Source of the DNA: Adineta vaga
Lineage: Eukaryota > Animalia > Rotifera
DNA: 64,000 nt
Assembly: GCA_021613535.1 (NCBI GenBank)
Contig: CP075497.1
Coordinates: forward strand, 2,294,001 to 2,358,000
Direction of reading: 5' to 3'
In this document: positions 28,208 to 42,054 of the stretch, piece after piece
How positions within the stretch are numbered: position 1 is the first letter of the stretch
Layout of the letters: each line of letters begins with the position of its first letter
Program-made: the position numbers and the translations under genes
Notes under the pieces: model-generated
The model's input: only the letters and a program-made list of their open reading frames with translations
Database searches by the model: none
Told to the model about the DNA's origin: nothing

Positions 28208-31016
28208 TCACAAATCTGTATCGAACCAAGCAGCCATTTGAGGATTATTATGAGAAGGTGGAGGTGTTTGATGATGAATTGATGAACGAGGTGAACCTTG
28301 CATCATATCTCGATCGCCAACTAATACTTGATTATCCATTAAATTTCCAAGACCACTTCCACCAACACCTTCGGATGCATAATAATTCATTGTTGGAACA
28401 TCATGAAGTGGCGGTGGTGTTCCTCGATATGGATTCGAATACGAACCACCAGTTGAACCATTAGCCATGCTATAATGCTAAAAATAAACGTTTATTCTTA
28501 ACTAATGAAAACAAAACATTGAAAACTTACATTATTCGTCATATGTTCTTCACGATACAAAGCTGAGGTGACATCTTGTGACAAACGTTTTTTCATATCA
28601 TACGGTTTATCATCCGATAAACGAAATAAAATTGCTGCGGCATATGTAGCTTTAAACGAAAGATATAGTATTATAATTGATTTCGAAAGAGAATTTTGTT
28701 TAACTCACCAACACCTTCATCGTTCGATTTAAGTAATTCAGTTAATTTTGGTGTACAATTCTGTTTCTCAACAATTTCTGCACATAAACGATCATTCACA
28801 AGTTCACATAAAACACCAGTAGCTGCACGTTGAATTGGAACGCTCGATGGTGGATAGAGAAGCTAAACATATAATAATAATTAAACAGAAGAGAGAAAAA
28901 ACAAACGAATTCATACTCGAACAAATAATGGAATACAATCTAAATCACGTATAATCATTCGATTTTGTTGATCTTTTGCAATAATATGTAGAGCACTAAC
29001 ACATGCTTCAAGTATATCATCCATTCGAATATAATTATCAATTAATTCAACATTTGGTTGTTGTCTTTGTAATTCTTGATGACTTCGAACAAGTAATTGT
29101 GCTAATTTTTGTATTGAACCTGTTTCACGTAAAATTGGAAGATTATTTGGTGATAAAGCTAAATTTCGAATTAAACTTATTGTTGATTTAATAATTGGCC
29201 ATGAATATAATGATGGATTAAGTAATTCAATAATTGGTAAAAGACCATTGACATTTCGAACTGTATCTTGTGCTTCACCAGCATGAGAATGTCGAGATGT
29301 AATATGTCTTAATGCACAAATCGCTGGTTCTAAAATTTCTTCTTTATCATGACCTTGTACAATAGCATTGATCAAAGCATGAACACCATTCGATTGAACA
29401 ACAGCCATTTTATTATATTGATTATTACATGTTAAATTGGATATGATACCAACTGCACATGAGACAGTAATTAGATCATTTGTTTGTAATAATTCAATGA
29501 GTAAACGAAGTAATGAATCGAGATTTTCCTAGAAGGAAAATTCAAAAAAGAATTATTGAAATTCAGAAAAATTTGGTTTTCTACGAACTAATTTAACAGC
29601 TTGATCAGAAAGATTTCGAAGAATTTGTAAACAATTTTGTTGAATACGTAAACTTATCGGTTGATATAATTGTTTTTCAAGTATTTGAACCGCATTTTTC
29701 GATATCATCACTATTTTTATCGAAGGACTAACAGATAAAACTCGAAGAAGACGTGTTGTTGTCCATAAAAGTTTTTCATAATCAGTTAATTCTAATATAC
29801 GTAACAATTGTTGTGGACCATTGCTTGATTCAATAATAATCTAAATACAGAGTTGATTTTATTCAAAAATTTGTCTTCACAATAACATTTATTTTAGGGC
29901 GTCAAATGCGTCACCAAAAGAATATAACAAGAAGCTGTTTTTTCATTGTCTATGATGCAAAACTTACCAAAGAAATGAGAAAAATATCTTCTGAATGAAG
30001 GAAATGAAACAATCTCAAAATTAAAGATAGATCCGTTCTTATTTACCTTTACTTCTTCATTATTAAACGCTAACATATGAAGACAATCAGTAAGTATAGC
30101 TAAGAATTTCGGATTGGAACTATTCAATAATCCAACCATTTTTTGACAACCACCACAACGAAGAATTTCTAATTTCGCGTGTTCTAAATGTAATAATAGA
30201 TTGTGTAATGTTGATAGAGAATAATTAACAACTGATTCAATTGATGAACTAAAGAGAAAAAAAGGCATGAAATTTTGAGATAATGAACATGAAATACTTT
30301 ACTCTAAAAGTCGAACAAGAATTGGAATAACACCACCTTTGAAGAGAAGAAGAAGGCCTTGTTTTTGTTGAGATAAACAATGAAAAACTCCGGCAATTCC
30401 ACGACGTGTTTCATCATTAGCGCGTGGATTTGATATTGCTTGAATTAATGCTTGAATCATTTGTGGTGTTGTTAAAGCTAATCGACTTGCTTCTTTCTTA
30501 GCTAATGTATGTAATATTAATGCAGCTTGTCCTGAAACAATTGGATCATCATCATTCAATAAACGAATCAATTCCGGAAGAGCCTTTTCCGTTATATCAG
30601 CATCTTCTTTATAATTTATAATATCAATAACAGCATTTTTTAATAATTGAGATGGTTCAGAAAGTTTCTGAACTGCTGTAGGTTGACCATTGACAAATTG
30701 AGGTGAAGCCGTAGGCATTGATATACCACCAGATACGCCATCTTCGAGTGTTTCAGGAAAGATTGCTGCACGAATACGTTGAGCACGTGTTGAACTTAAT
30801 TGAACATTCATCGATTCGATATGTTCCTGTATCATATAATCATCCATATTACCATTACGAACATGAGAACGATGACCATGTCCATTCATTCCATTTGATA
30901 TTGGATAAGTTTCGTAATCCATAAGGCAAAACTAAGATCAGAGTAAAGTAAAATATCAATCGAGAATGTATGTATGTATGTATTGTACGAGTTTAAACTG
31001 TATGCTGATTCGCCAT
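28208..31016 (-). CDS. CTNNB1: Beta-catenin/armadillo (degron-less, full ARM array and C-terminal tail)
   Basis: [78 protein letters not shown] and C-terminal AAWFDTDL. A probable first exon MANQHT starts at 31016. Confidence 0.93.
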
Positions 31017-31186
31017 ATTGTTTATTTGATAGTACATTGAACAAGTTAAACAAATAAACAGAACAGAATGGACAAATAATTGTTACAAAGAATATTTCTA
31101 AAAATATTCAATTTTTAGTTATTAATTTAAAAAAAAATTAATAAAAAATACATTGTAGAACAATAGTATGAATATCAATTGTGACA

Positions 31187-31197
31187 ATAGATGGCGC
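31187..31197. promoter_or_regulatory. CGCCATCTAT motif (CTCF/YY1-like) upstream of the degron-less beta-catenin
   Basis: ATAGATGGCGC ~170 bp upstream of the start codon. The same 10-mer occurs at 26531-26540 and 40977-40986, also upstream of genes. Confidence 0.45.
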
Positions 31198-32293
31198 ACA
31201 TCGATACAATACCATCGAACTGACCTATTCATGAGAGAGAGAGAAGCTCATAAGAACGATCGATAATAGTGTTCATTATTTCTAGTTTAATGTTATAAAT
31301 GTAGAACATATTACAAAAGAATAGGACTTCATTTTTTCATGGTGATTCGAAGGACATTTTGTGTAAATACGAATGAACTATTCTTTGTAAATATGTCAAG
31401 AATAATTTCTTAATAAAAGCTTATTGATTGTCTTACGGTTGAAAAATCTTTGAATTTGATTATCATAATATCATCATGAATAACTGTCAATAAGTTATAT
31501 AATGCAAAAAGAAAAGAACGATCGATTTTTAACGAAAGTTTTCTTTTGTTTATCTTGTCAATTTTAAATCAAATATTGATTTCATTAATTTCATTTGGAA
31601 AGTATTTATTCTGATAGAATAGCCTTCATAAGTAAAGTAATCACAAAATGGTAATGAACAATACAGTAAATATATATACTTCTACTTCAAACAACCAGAT
31701 AGAATAGAGATGAAATCAAATGTTATTTTATGTCTTCTCCTTTTTTTTCCACACTAGTGGTATTGAATCGTCAAGAAATGAACCATTTTTTCGTCTAATA
31801 TAGAAATTTTATTATATAATTGCTAATCTATCATTAACCGAACAATAATGTAAAACAAATTGAATAAAAGATTTTTTAAAAAATCAAATAAGAAACAAAA
31901 AGGGACAAAAGACACATGTATATAACTTGTTTTTTCGAAGAAAATAAAAACAAAGAAACATCCGATTGACTTCAATTCATCATCTTTCATACAAACACTG
32001 TCAAATACTCGTTCAAATGTCGACTGTGAATGTTTCTCGCATTAGATTGTTGCTGTAATAAGGCTGATGCTGATGTTCCAAGATCGGTTCCAGCACCACT
32101 GATCGATGACTGCAATGAAAAAAGATTTTAGTATAAATGAAAATTCTAGCTTTTTGTTTCCGTTGTATTATTTTCATGCAATTGATTAATAAAATAATAA
32201 GCAAATAATTAAGAAACAGCAAATCTATTTATATATATATATTATATTAGTTATACAAGAAATAAAACGAGTAATGAAAAAAAAAAACTAAAT

Positions 32294-35200
32294 TTAGCAA
32301 CGAGTAGAAGCAATCGGACTGAATCGAGCATTATAATAGCAAAAGCTGTTGTCTCCTACTTCAACTGTTGCTGCTGCTGCTGTAGTTGTTGTTTGCTGTC
32401 GACAAGCATCAGCAATGGTTGTCGCACCTGAGGAGGAGGGAGAAGAGGAAGATAAGAATAAGTGAGTTGACGTGCTCGATAATAATGTATAACAATGAGA
32501 ACAAATATGATTAATAAAATGATTAGAATTAGAACAAGCAAGACAAGCATTAGTTAGTGGTTGAATTTTATTGTCTACCTCATGTGATTCTGATATAATA
32601 TCCATTGCATCTTCCGATATAACAGGACGTCGAAGATCAAGTGAACGTTTTTGTTGTTGATTATTCACCCATTGCTTATCTTCATTAATTGTATCCAAAT
32701 GTGGATGTTCAGTTGATTCACGAATAGTTGTACGAAATGAACCTGTATTCGTTGTTGCTGGTCGATCAGAAATATCGGATGAACTTGATGAACTACTTGT
32801 CGAACGATTATCATATGTTGATAATAATTCTTCAATTGTTGTATTTATTGGTGGTTCACTAACTTTATAATGTCCCGAAAGAAGACGATTATTAATTGGT
32901 GATGATGTTGTTTGTTCACTACTATTCGATGAATCATCATCACGAACACCCAAAGCATACGGTGATGATTCAATAATTGGAGTTTTAGATTTTAAAAATG
33001 ATATACCTTGTGCTGAAGAATTTTGATGGATCTTAAAAAATGGTGGAACACGATGTTTAGCACGTTGAATATTGTAATAAATAATAATAAATAATATTGC
33101 AATGATAATCAGTATAAATGCACTAACACTTGCAATAATCGCGTAAGTTGTACTATTATCCATTGATCGAGATGTAGCAATTGTGGATGTTGGATATATA
33201 TTCGATTGAAAATTGCGAATGGTTACAATAACATCAGTTGAAAGATTCATTTTTAATGTTGAACAAATTTGTTGAATAAGAATTTGAAATTGATAAGCTT
33301 CTTGAATAGATGATGTTGAGGTATTTAACCATGTTAAATTACCTGTTGAAGAGATAGAGAATAAAGAATTGAATGAACCAAGAATTGTATATTGCACTTG
33401 ACAACGATTATCTTTGATAACCTAAAGAAGAAACAAGAAATACTTGCGAGAAATGGATTCTTTTCTTACTTGAATTGTACCAATTGTTGATAAAGAATTA
33501 TTAAGTGGATAATCTGCTGAGAATAGATAAGAATTCATGAGAAATGATAAAGGTGTATAGAGATAAATATGAAGATCTGTTTGATCTGACTAAAATTTTG
33601 AAGAAAAAGAAAACACAAATCTATTTTCTAATTGTTTATCTATCAAAATTCACTTACATATTGACCATCAGATACATTCAAAACACAGACACAAGTTTGA
33701 CATACAGGAAGATTTTGAAAAGTCGTTAATTGTAATTGAAATAGACGAAGACTATTGAATAAAACGAAATATATTCGTAATTCTTCTCTCTCAAATGATT
33801 TTACCTAGTTTTTATAATTTGCAAATGAAGTAACGATGAATCACATGAATAACTAAACGCTAATCTCGGATTCTATCATAGAAAACACATAGTACAATTT
33901 ATCTAATTGATCATATTCTTCTTACCGCATCCATATCACTAACAGTTCCATTAATTGTTGGTATTTGATCGAGATTATTCATTGTATATCCAACCAAAAT
34001 ATACGGTGAAGAAAGAAATCGTGGTGGATAAAGATTCAATTCATAAATATTAACATGTAAGACAGCTGTTGTAAATTTAGTTGGATCATTTTCTTGTTCA
34101 GCCTAAATGATAAATGTCAATAACAATCAATCTTATTCATTTCATTTTACTTTAATCAAAAGATCAAATTGTCTTGTAGAATCTAAATTTGTTTGTAGAG
34201 TTATAACACCTGTATATTTATCAATTGTAAAATACATATCTAAAACAAAAACTATAGATTTTTAAAACATTTGATCTTCGTTCAGATTTACTTGATGTTG
34301 AAAATGAATAAATGATGGTTGTATTGATTCCAAGATCTTGATCATAAGCAAAGATACGTCCTTCTTTTGGTACGACTTCATATCCCTATTAGACAAAAAA
34401 GCAGAATAAATCGTTCTTCTCGTGTCAAATATGCAATTAAAATCAACTATACAATTGTCGTATCGATGGAAATATTCAAATGATATGATGTTGAAATTCG
34501 AAATTTTGGATCTAAATTATCTACATCAATTAAATGTATTGAGACAATCGTTTGTGAAGATAATGATGGATTTCCATTATCCTATTTAATAAAACAAAAA
34601 AAAATGTTTCTTCATAAAGAAATCTTCTTGGCAAATCGAATTCATTTACTTGGGCGACGATGATTAAATTAAAATTTGATATCATTGAATTATAATCAAG
34701 TGTTCGAACTAATACCAGACTTGCATTTGTAGAGCTTACCAATCGAAAATATGACTAACAACAAACAATCAATAAAATCATCAAGAAATTTTCTTAAGAA
34801 ATTCTCTTACAGCATAGGACGAGAGACTATTTTGTAAAGAATAGGAAAAGGTACCCGATGTACCTGAATCAGCATCTGATGCTGAAATTGCTGTTGATAC
34901 AATGATATTAGTTGGTGTGTTTTCAGTAAGATTTAAATGATAGATCGATTTAGAGAATACTGGAGGATTATCATTAACATCAATTAGATCAAGTTGAAAA
35001 TCGATATCATGAATCGATTTATCCGATAAAACTGTACATTCAACAATAAAACGAAAAGGATTGGGAAAACCATTCGATGTCCACCATTCATAATCCAAAG
35101 CTAAAAGAAAATCGATAGAAGATTTTCAAAAAAAAAGGAACATTTTACCAGAACGTAAATAAAGATCAGTAAAATTTAAAGTAAAATAATCCGTTCCATT

Positions 35201-35720
35201 TGTTTTAACATCTGAACTATTATAGATCAATCGAGTAGCGATTTCCGATGATGATCCAGTGATTTGTAAACGTGCAACAAGATTTCCTGTTTGAGTATTT
35301 TCGGGCATTGTTATAATTTGAAGTGCAGGTAGAAATTGTAGTGTACATGGTTGACCTAGAGGGAAAAAAACAAACGGAAAGATTTTCATTAACAATACTT
35401 TGACATTGATCATGTTTATCAATCTGATTAACGCATTAAAAGCGGCGTATTTGATTTTCTTCTGTTTCCATCCGTCATTCTATATTCTGTCGGTTTGTTG
35501 ATATACACTCAAAAGTTGTTCTCTTTTCGAACAATAATCAATGAATACTAATTAGTTGAATTCTTCTATCGACACATATGTTGACCGTTCAATCACCCTC
35601 ATTTTCAAGTTAGTTGAGCATATTGAAGTAGTAAAAAGACTTACCTTGTGCATACGTCGTTGTAACCATTAAGACAAATAGCAGCACGAGGCTGATTTCG
35701 TTGATGAGAAGAGTACTCAT
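32294..35720 (-). CDS. Non-classical cadherin (cadherin-related/protocadherin-like), multi-exon
   Basis: Signal peptide MSTLLINEISLVLLFVLMVTTTYA. Ca-binding motifs LDYE, DVNDNPPVF, ASDADSG, LDYN and DQDLG. TM segment YAIIASVSAFILIIIAILFIIIYY and a Ser/Thr-rich cytoplasmic tail. Confidence 0.85.
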
Positions 35721-38700
35721 CGACCAGATGATGGATGACCATCAATTATAATAGCAGTCAATCTGAATAGAACGAAGAAATCTTCATATTCTTTAGATAA
35801 AAATTCTTGACAAAAGAAAATGTTCTTGAATTATTCAAATCGAAGAATACTTCATGTTTTATTTTAGTAGGAGGCAATCTTTTCATTTTACTCTTAACTA
35901 TAATGGATGTAATGTTCTTATTCTATGAAAATGTTTCTTTTGACTATTTCCATTCGTCTTCTCCTTCATTCTATTGTTTCAAATCGAACGTGCTTAGTAG
36001 TTCAGTCTGCCTTTCTTTTGTTTCTGTTATGTTCAGGTGATTACGCACACACACGTACACAATACTCATAAGATGCGACTCTCGTCGTTCCCATCAACAA
36101 CTATGTGAAGGAGCAAAAAGAAAGAAAACGTTCTAATCATTCATTTTTCTTTGTCATCACCTCGAATATACCACATCATTTTTCAAGTGTGTCTACCTGT
36201 ATATGTACGAAATGTCAGATGAAAATTCCGAAGGGTAATTTATGTAAACATTAAGCATATGAATATGTATGTTACGGCTGAAATGGGACTTTCGTCAAAT
36301 TTATTCTAATGAACTATAAAAACTAAGAAATATCGAGAAATTTTCGTCGTATTTTTAACATATGTCATGAAATTCTCAAAGGGTTTTATAAACAAGATTA
36401 TCTCTAATCAAATCTTTAAACAGATTTATTGTTTAAGAAAAAAAACACGTCGTAGATATCACAATGACTTACTGTAATGTCCAGTCAACTTCGAATGACT
36501 GATCGATTAACGTTTAGATTCGTATTGTTATTTGTTTGACTAAGACAAACTTTTGTTCAATGCCAAATCTGTTTAACTTTTCCATACACATGCTCAATCA
36601 AATCTATAATAATCATCAAAAGATAGAACATGTCTATATACAATTGAAATATAATGTTTCGAAACGGAGAAAAAAAGAGAGTGAGAAAGAGAACTGTACA
36701 ATAAGTAAGAGAGGGAGAGAGAGCACACCTTTTTCTTCTCTTCTCACCCAATTACCATGAAAAAGAAAGAGAGAAAGAGAAAGAACAAACATGAACGTAA
36801 GTGCAATAGTACCATCCTCTTCAGAACGAGATTACCCTTGAAACCTTTTATTCATTTGATTTCTTCTTTTTTCTTTCTATTAAAAAAAGTAAATGGTACG
36901 ATTTTATTCACATCCTTTTCTTCTGTCCTCGATATGAATTATTGAAAAAAAAATGAATAAGAAGCAGATTTTTAATTACCATCTGCCTTAAGATTGGATA
37001 TTTTTGAGAAAAGAAAAGATTTCCGGAAATCAACTCAGTTGTTGATTATGAAAAGAGGTCGAAACTATACATATCAAGAAGTGTGAAACGGAAATTTTGT
37101 TTCCTATCTCGTCTTAAAATCTATTATAGCCGTTAGTCACGTATCGATTCCAAAAGAACATTGGTCAGTTAATGAGACAAAAATGTGTGGAAAATAACAG
37201 ATCGATGTAAAGAAATATTCGATCTGATGATCAAATAGTGATTAGACAGTGCAAGTGAAAACGATCAATATGACACGTAGTAACAATTGATCTCTTCAAC
37301 TTCGCTCATCTATCTTAAGAGTGTTTATATATGCAACGGCAACTGACGAAGAGACCTGACAAGTGTTATGCAAATATGGATATATATTCACGATCGAGGC
37401 GTGTTATTTGTCAACGAATAATAAATACGGATGATCATAGATTGAATTGATTCAAATGAAACATAGATCAGCAAGTGAAAGATATGTACTGTTGATTTTT
37501 TTTCTTCCATATTCAATTAATCTCAACTTGAATCTCATCTTCTAATTAGATTGCTATGTTTCACGGTTGGAGTAGTTTTATACTCATCATGTATCTTTCG
37601 AGATGATTGTAGACCGATAAAAAATCGAAACAATGACAACAACAACAATAATAATAACGATGATGATTACACCAATTGAGTAAAATGTTCAAAAGAAGAA
37701 AAGAAGCAAGTATAATTGGTTGTATATATACATTTTATAAACTCTCCCATCACTCACTCGAAGGTGAACGATTTGTCTCTCTCTTTTTTTTGTCTCGTTG
37801 TCATCATCATCATCATCGTATATCTACATACATCGATTATGATCAATCTTCTCTCTTCGCACGTACTTCAGTCGTCCTACACCTATCTTACAAATACATC
37901 GTTCACCGTTCGTTAATGTGTCTCGCATGAGCAATTCTCTTTCTCATTCTCTTCTATACATACTTTTAGTCATCTCTCTAAGAATCTCGTTCAAATGCAC
38001 AATAACTAGATTCAATTTGATCAATTGGTAACTATTTTAAAATTACATCACATTTCATATAAAAAAATAGCGTTCGTTATTTGTCTTAATTTGATATGAC
38101 TGTCTATCTAATGAGCCAATACAAGCTTGAGAATTTAAGTAGATAGATGTAAAAAGAAAAATCTGTTGCTCATTTTCAATATGTAATTAAATCGACGACA
38201 TTTTTCTTCCTTAGAGAATATAAATAATGATGAATCAATTTCTCGAAAAGATCAAACTTGCTAAGTATGTACCGCCAACAGGTGAACCAGCTTGGTCATC
38301 AGATTCGCTCTACTACCATTGATTAAAAGAAAGAAAGGCACAGGCAATTTAGAAGGAAAATGATATGCTATACCTGGAAGCAAAAGTTTACAATGATATA
38401 AATACATACTTGACGAAGAATGATAACAGGATCAATGATTATACAATGAACATTTCTTTTCAGTTCTATAAGTTTGCCTAGTAGTTATGTATGTTTGACG
38501 TTCACCTATTATATTCCTTGATGATTAGTGATGAAAAACCAGCGATTATGATGTGTATGTACGTGTATTAAAAAAAAGAAAGAGATTGTTTATGGTACTA
38601 AGAATGAGATCTTATTTCTCGAGGACGACTTTTGCCTGTTAGTAAAAAGAAAAAGTGGTGTAATTTGAACAAATATTGTACTTACGTATACAATAAAAGA

Positions 38701-39509
38701 CGACTTAAACATATGGTAAAATTTCCTATTTCTCGGCTAAGAATGAATAGTCAGTTATACCTGTATAGATCAATTTTTCTTTCGTTCGTTCGTTCGTTCA
38801 TTCTTCATCGAAGTGTCAATTGAGATTTAGGTCGGTGTCATTTTTTTCTTCTTCTCGTTGTTATCAAATTGCATCATCTTTGTCATCGTTGGCTTGTCGT
38901 CTAAGTCGATTTGAATTTGAAGGAAGTTCAAGACCTATTTATTTAAGCTTCTTTTCTGATTTGAGAAAGGAACAGAGACTAAGAGGAATATTAAAGAAGA
39001 AGAAAAAAGAAAGAAAGTAAGATGACCAGACAGAGCAACGAGCCATATCATATATCATTGAGCTGCTAGACGCTGATCAAATTTGTCAAGCATACTAACA
39101 AGCAAGTTACTTATTTTCCTATTACACCGTTTGATCACATCCGCTCTCGTTTGTATTCGATTGAAAATCGAAAAAGAAAGAGAGCGAAAAACACCACGAA
39201 ACGATGAACACGAGTAAATTATAGTGAAGATTCAATAGTAATTGTAAAATGTCTCATATACATGTCATGCTCATACCTTTTCATTTGTATTATGACATTC
39301 AATAGAGAAGAGAAAAAGATGAAGAACAAATCATAGATAGATATCAATGAAATTTTTTTTTCTTTTGTTTTGACTCGTTCACTAACGCATTTTATATGAT
39401 CAAAATGTTTATTTTCTTAGTTTTTTTTCAAACATGAATTACAGTAAAAGCGGTTTTTTTCCTCTATCATTTGACACGAAAAAAAAAGAAATATTGCAGC
39501 ATAAAAAGT

Positions 39510-40304
39510 TTAATCTTCACCAACGGGTAAAGCATCTTCTAATTTCTTTAAAAGTTTAATACGTAATTCCGTTGCATTATCGCCTTTCAATTGATCTTGC
39601 ACAAATCGACATTCAACTTCCAATTGAACCTTTGAAAATAAAGAAAATCAATAGAAAATCGAATAAAACACAACAGGATGTAAACAAACCATTTCCAGTG
39701 CACCTCGAATTGCTCCGCATATCATCTGATTGTAACTTAATTTTTGACCTTGTCCTTCGGGTAATTCAACGAATTCAGTTAAAGGATTACCATCGATCAA
39801 CAAAGAAAATTCATCACCAGCTGGTGACCAATTCGTAATCGATGGTGAGATACCTAAATAGGTTTTGAAACCTTGCTGAATAAAAAAAGGCACAAACAGA
39901 AAGATAATTTATTGTTTTTGAATTTGAAATAATCATTTACTTTGGCAAGTACATCAGCTGTCTCACGTAAATCATTACATCGACTAATATTCGGATTACG
40001 AGCAAGAAAATCATCTATTAATCGAACACCCATATTGTAACCACTACAATTATAAAATAAAAACTAATCTTTTATCTTTTCAAAAACTTACATTTTATCA
40101 AGTTGTTTATTAACTTCATCGACATGTTCATAATCATTCAATATCTGTGCCACAAATGCGCCATAAGTTAATGTAAATAATTCCTGTGTCTTTTTTTTTC
40201 GTATCAAAAGAGAAAAATCATTTTCTTCTGTTCATCAACAAATCAGACATACTACCTACAACACGTCGTGCGTCGAGATTTGGTTTTACATTTGTTCGAC
40301 TCAT
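39510..40304 (-). CDS. TRAPPC3: Trafficking protein particle complex subunit 3 (BET3)
   Basis: Spliced ELFTLTYGAFV..VNKQLDKMGYNMGVRLIDDFLAR..GFKTYLG..NPLTEFVELP..CGAIRGALEMV..LPVGED*. Confidence 0.95.
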
Positions 40305-40432
40305 AATTTCGTTTGTTCAAATTGAATAACTTTTCTATCTAAAAAAGAATCACACACATTTAGATTTCAATCGATATTCATAAATATTAAAAGAATGATT
40401 ATAATTTTGCAAAAAGAAAATTAAAAAAAATG

Positions 40433-40855
40433 TTAATCAGTTGTTGATGACATATCTTGTTCAATTTTCGTTAAAGTATTTGATGTAACAGCGGCGAGAT
40501 CATGTGCAACACCAGGCATCTGTTCCAATTGACGATGAACTTCTTTAAATTTACTTGACATATTTCGACGAATATCGGTGAATTCTCGAGTCATTTCGCG
40601 ATTAGATTCAAGTAAATCACGTAATCGAGTTTGAATAGTTGAATTTTGGGATTCAATTTTATCCATTGCTTTTTCAATATCATTCAAAGCCGTTTCTAAT
40701 TCAAGTAATTCTAAAGAAAGAAAAGAAAAACAAAGAAATGAAACATTTGATCTTATTTTTTTCATACCCGAATCAACTTCGACATCTTGATTTTGATTAT
40801 TATTGTTATTCGACTGACCATGATGATGGGAATGACGATGATCTGACGTAGTCAT
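40433..40855 (-). CDS. BBLN: Bublin/UPF0184 (C9orf16)-like coiled-coil protein, 2 exons
   Basis: Short coiled coil LNDIEKAMDKIESQN...RLRDLLESNRE resembles the UPF0184 family LLESNR motif. Intron ~40767-40711. Confidence 0.65.
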   Translation of the reverse strand: MTTSDHRHSHHHGQSNNNNNQNQDVEVDSGMKKIRSNVSFLCFSFLSLELLELETALNDIEKAMDKIESQNSTIQTRLRDLLESNREMTREFTDIRRNMSSKFKEVHRQLEQMPGVAHDLAAVTSNTLTKIEQDMSSTTD

Positions 40856-41351
40856 TTCACTATGTTATTCAAGAAAGCAGAGTTTTTTTTAATAAAATAA
40901 CTACAAGTAAATATAGATTAATGCAACATAACAACTACAAATAAAATGAGATGTGTGATGTCAAGAGAAGTAGTGGCGCCATCTATGTATCGAGATAAAC
41001 ATGAAATAATTGTGAATAACTCTAAATTTATCGCTGGAAAATAGTTTTATCTAATAATAAAAAAATTTTTAAATTATTTGTATGACGAATTGATTGGTTC
41101 AAATGTGTTCCTTTTCGTTGCTTCATAGATAGTATTATTATGAGTGAGTAAGAGTGATGATGAGATGAATACAATACGATAAAACTTATTCCTCTCTAAG
41201 TGAATCTTCATCAATAGTAATTATTATGAAATTAGTGTTATAGATCATCGACTTGTAATGATTCATAACATGTAAGAGAGTCTAGTTGTGCACTCAATAT
41301 ATACATAAGTATATTTTTGTTTGTCGAATCATTCAAAAACGTCAAAACAAA

Positions 41352-41606
41352 ATGAGTAGCGCACCTCGTAGTTGGCCTCATCTCGTGGGGAAAAGTACTG
41401 AAGAAGCAATCGAAGCAATTAAAAGAGACACAGGTACAATTATTGAGAGTACTTAATCATTATGATAAGATTGAATTTTAATAGGTTTTTCAAAAATTCA
41501 AGTTGTTGGACCAGGTATGATGGTTACGATGGATTATCGAACAGATCGAGTTCGAATTCATGCAGACAAACATGGTCGAGTTGCATCTACACCAACTGTT
41601 GGTTAA
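41352..41606 (+). CDS. Potato inhibitor I (I13) family serine protease inhibitor, 2 exons
   Basis: SWPHLVG..EEA..I and VTMDYRTDRVRI...P.VG*. One GT-AG intron. Confidence 0.92.
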
Positions 41607-42054
41607 ATAGAATACGAAGGCATTTTTTCTTTTCGAAAATATTAATAAATATCCTTTGAAATATATTTCTATCCATCTCGTATAAAACTTGGAAATCAAT
41701 TTGTTAATCTCTCCGTAGAAGATCTCATTTGATATTCAATGACGTTGACTTTATTTCGAAAGTCTGTAAAATACAATGTTATTTCTCAAGTATATCTGAT
41801 ATATTCTTCATATGATTTCAAGTAAATACAATTATAAATCTATTTACTTGCTTTGAAAATGTGAGTGTCTTTTGCAACTCTGTGCCGTATCAAAACGATT
41901 TTTATATACCGAGAAAATTTTCTTTTTCATCCTTACAAAGAATAAGTAAATATTATTCATCACAGTCGGAGCACATGTTTTCATTTTATATATAAGCAAC
42001 AGTATTTGCGCAAATATATAGTATTTTATCAACGACGAAATAGACGAAAAAAAC

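Noticed and set aside
35760-39450. Several short ORFs of 60-85 aa
   Set aside because: Low-complexity F/K/L-rich translations with no motifs. The region is best read as cadherin 5'UTR introns and regulatory DNA.
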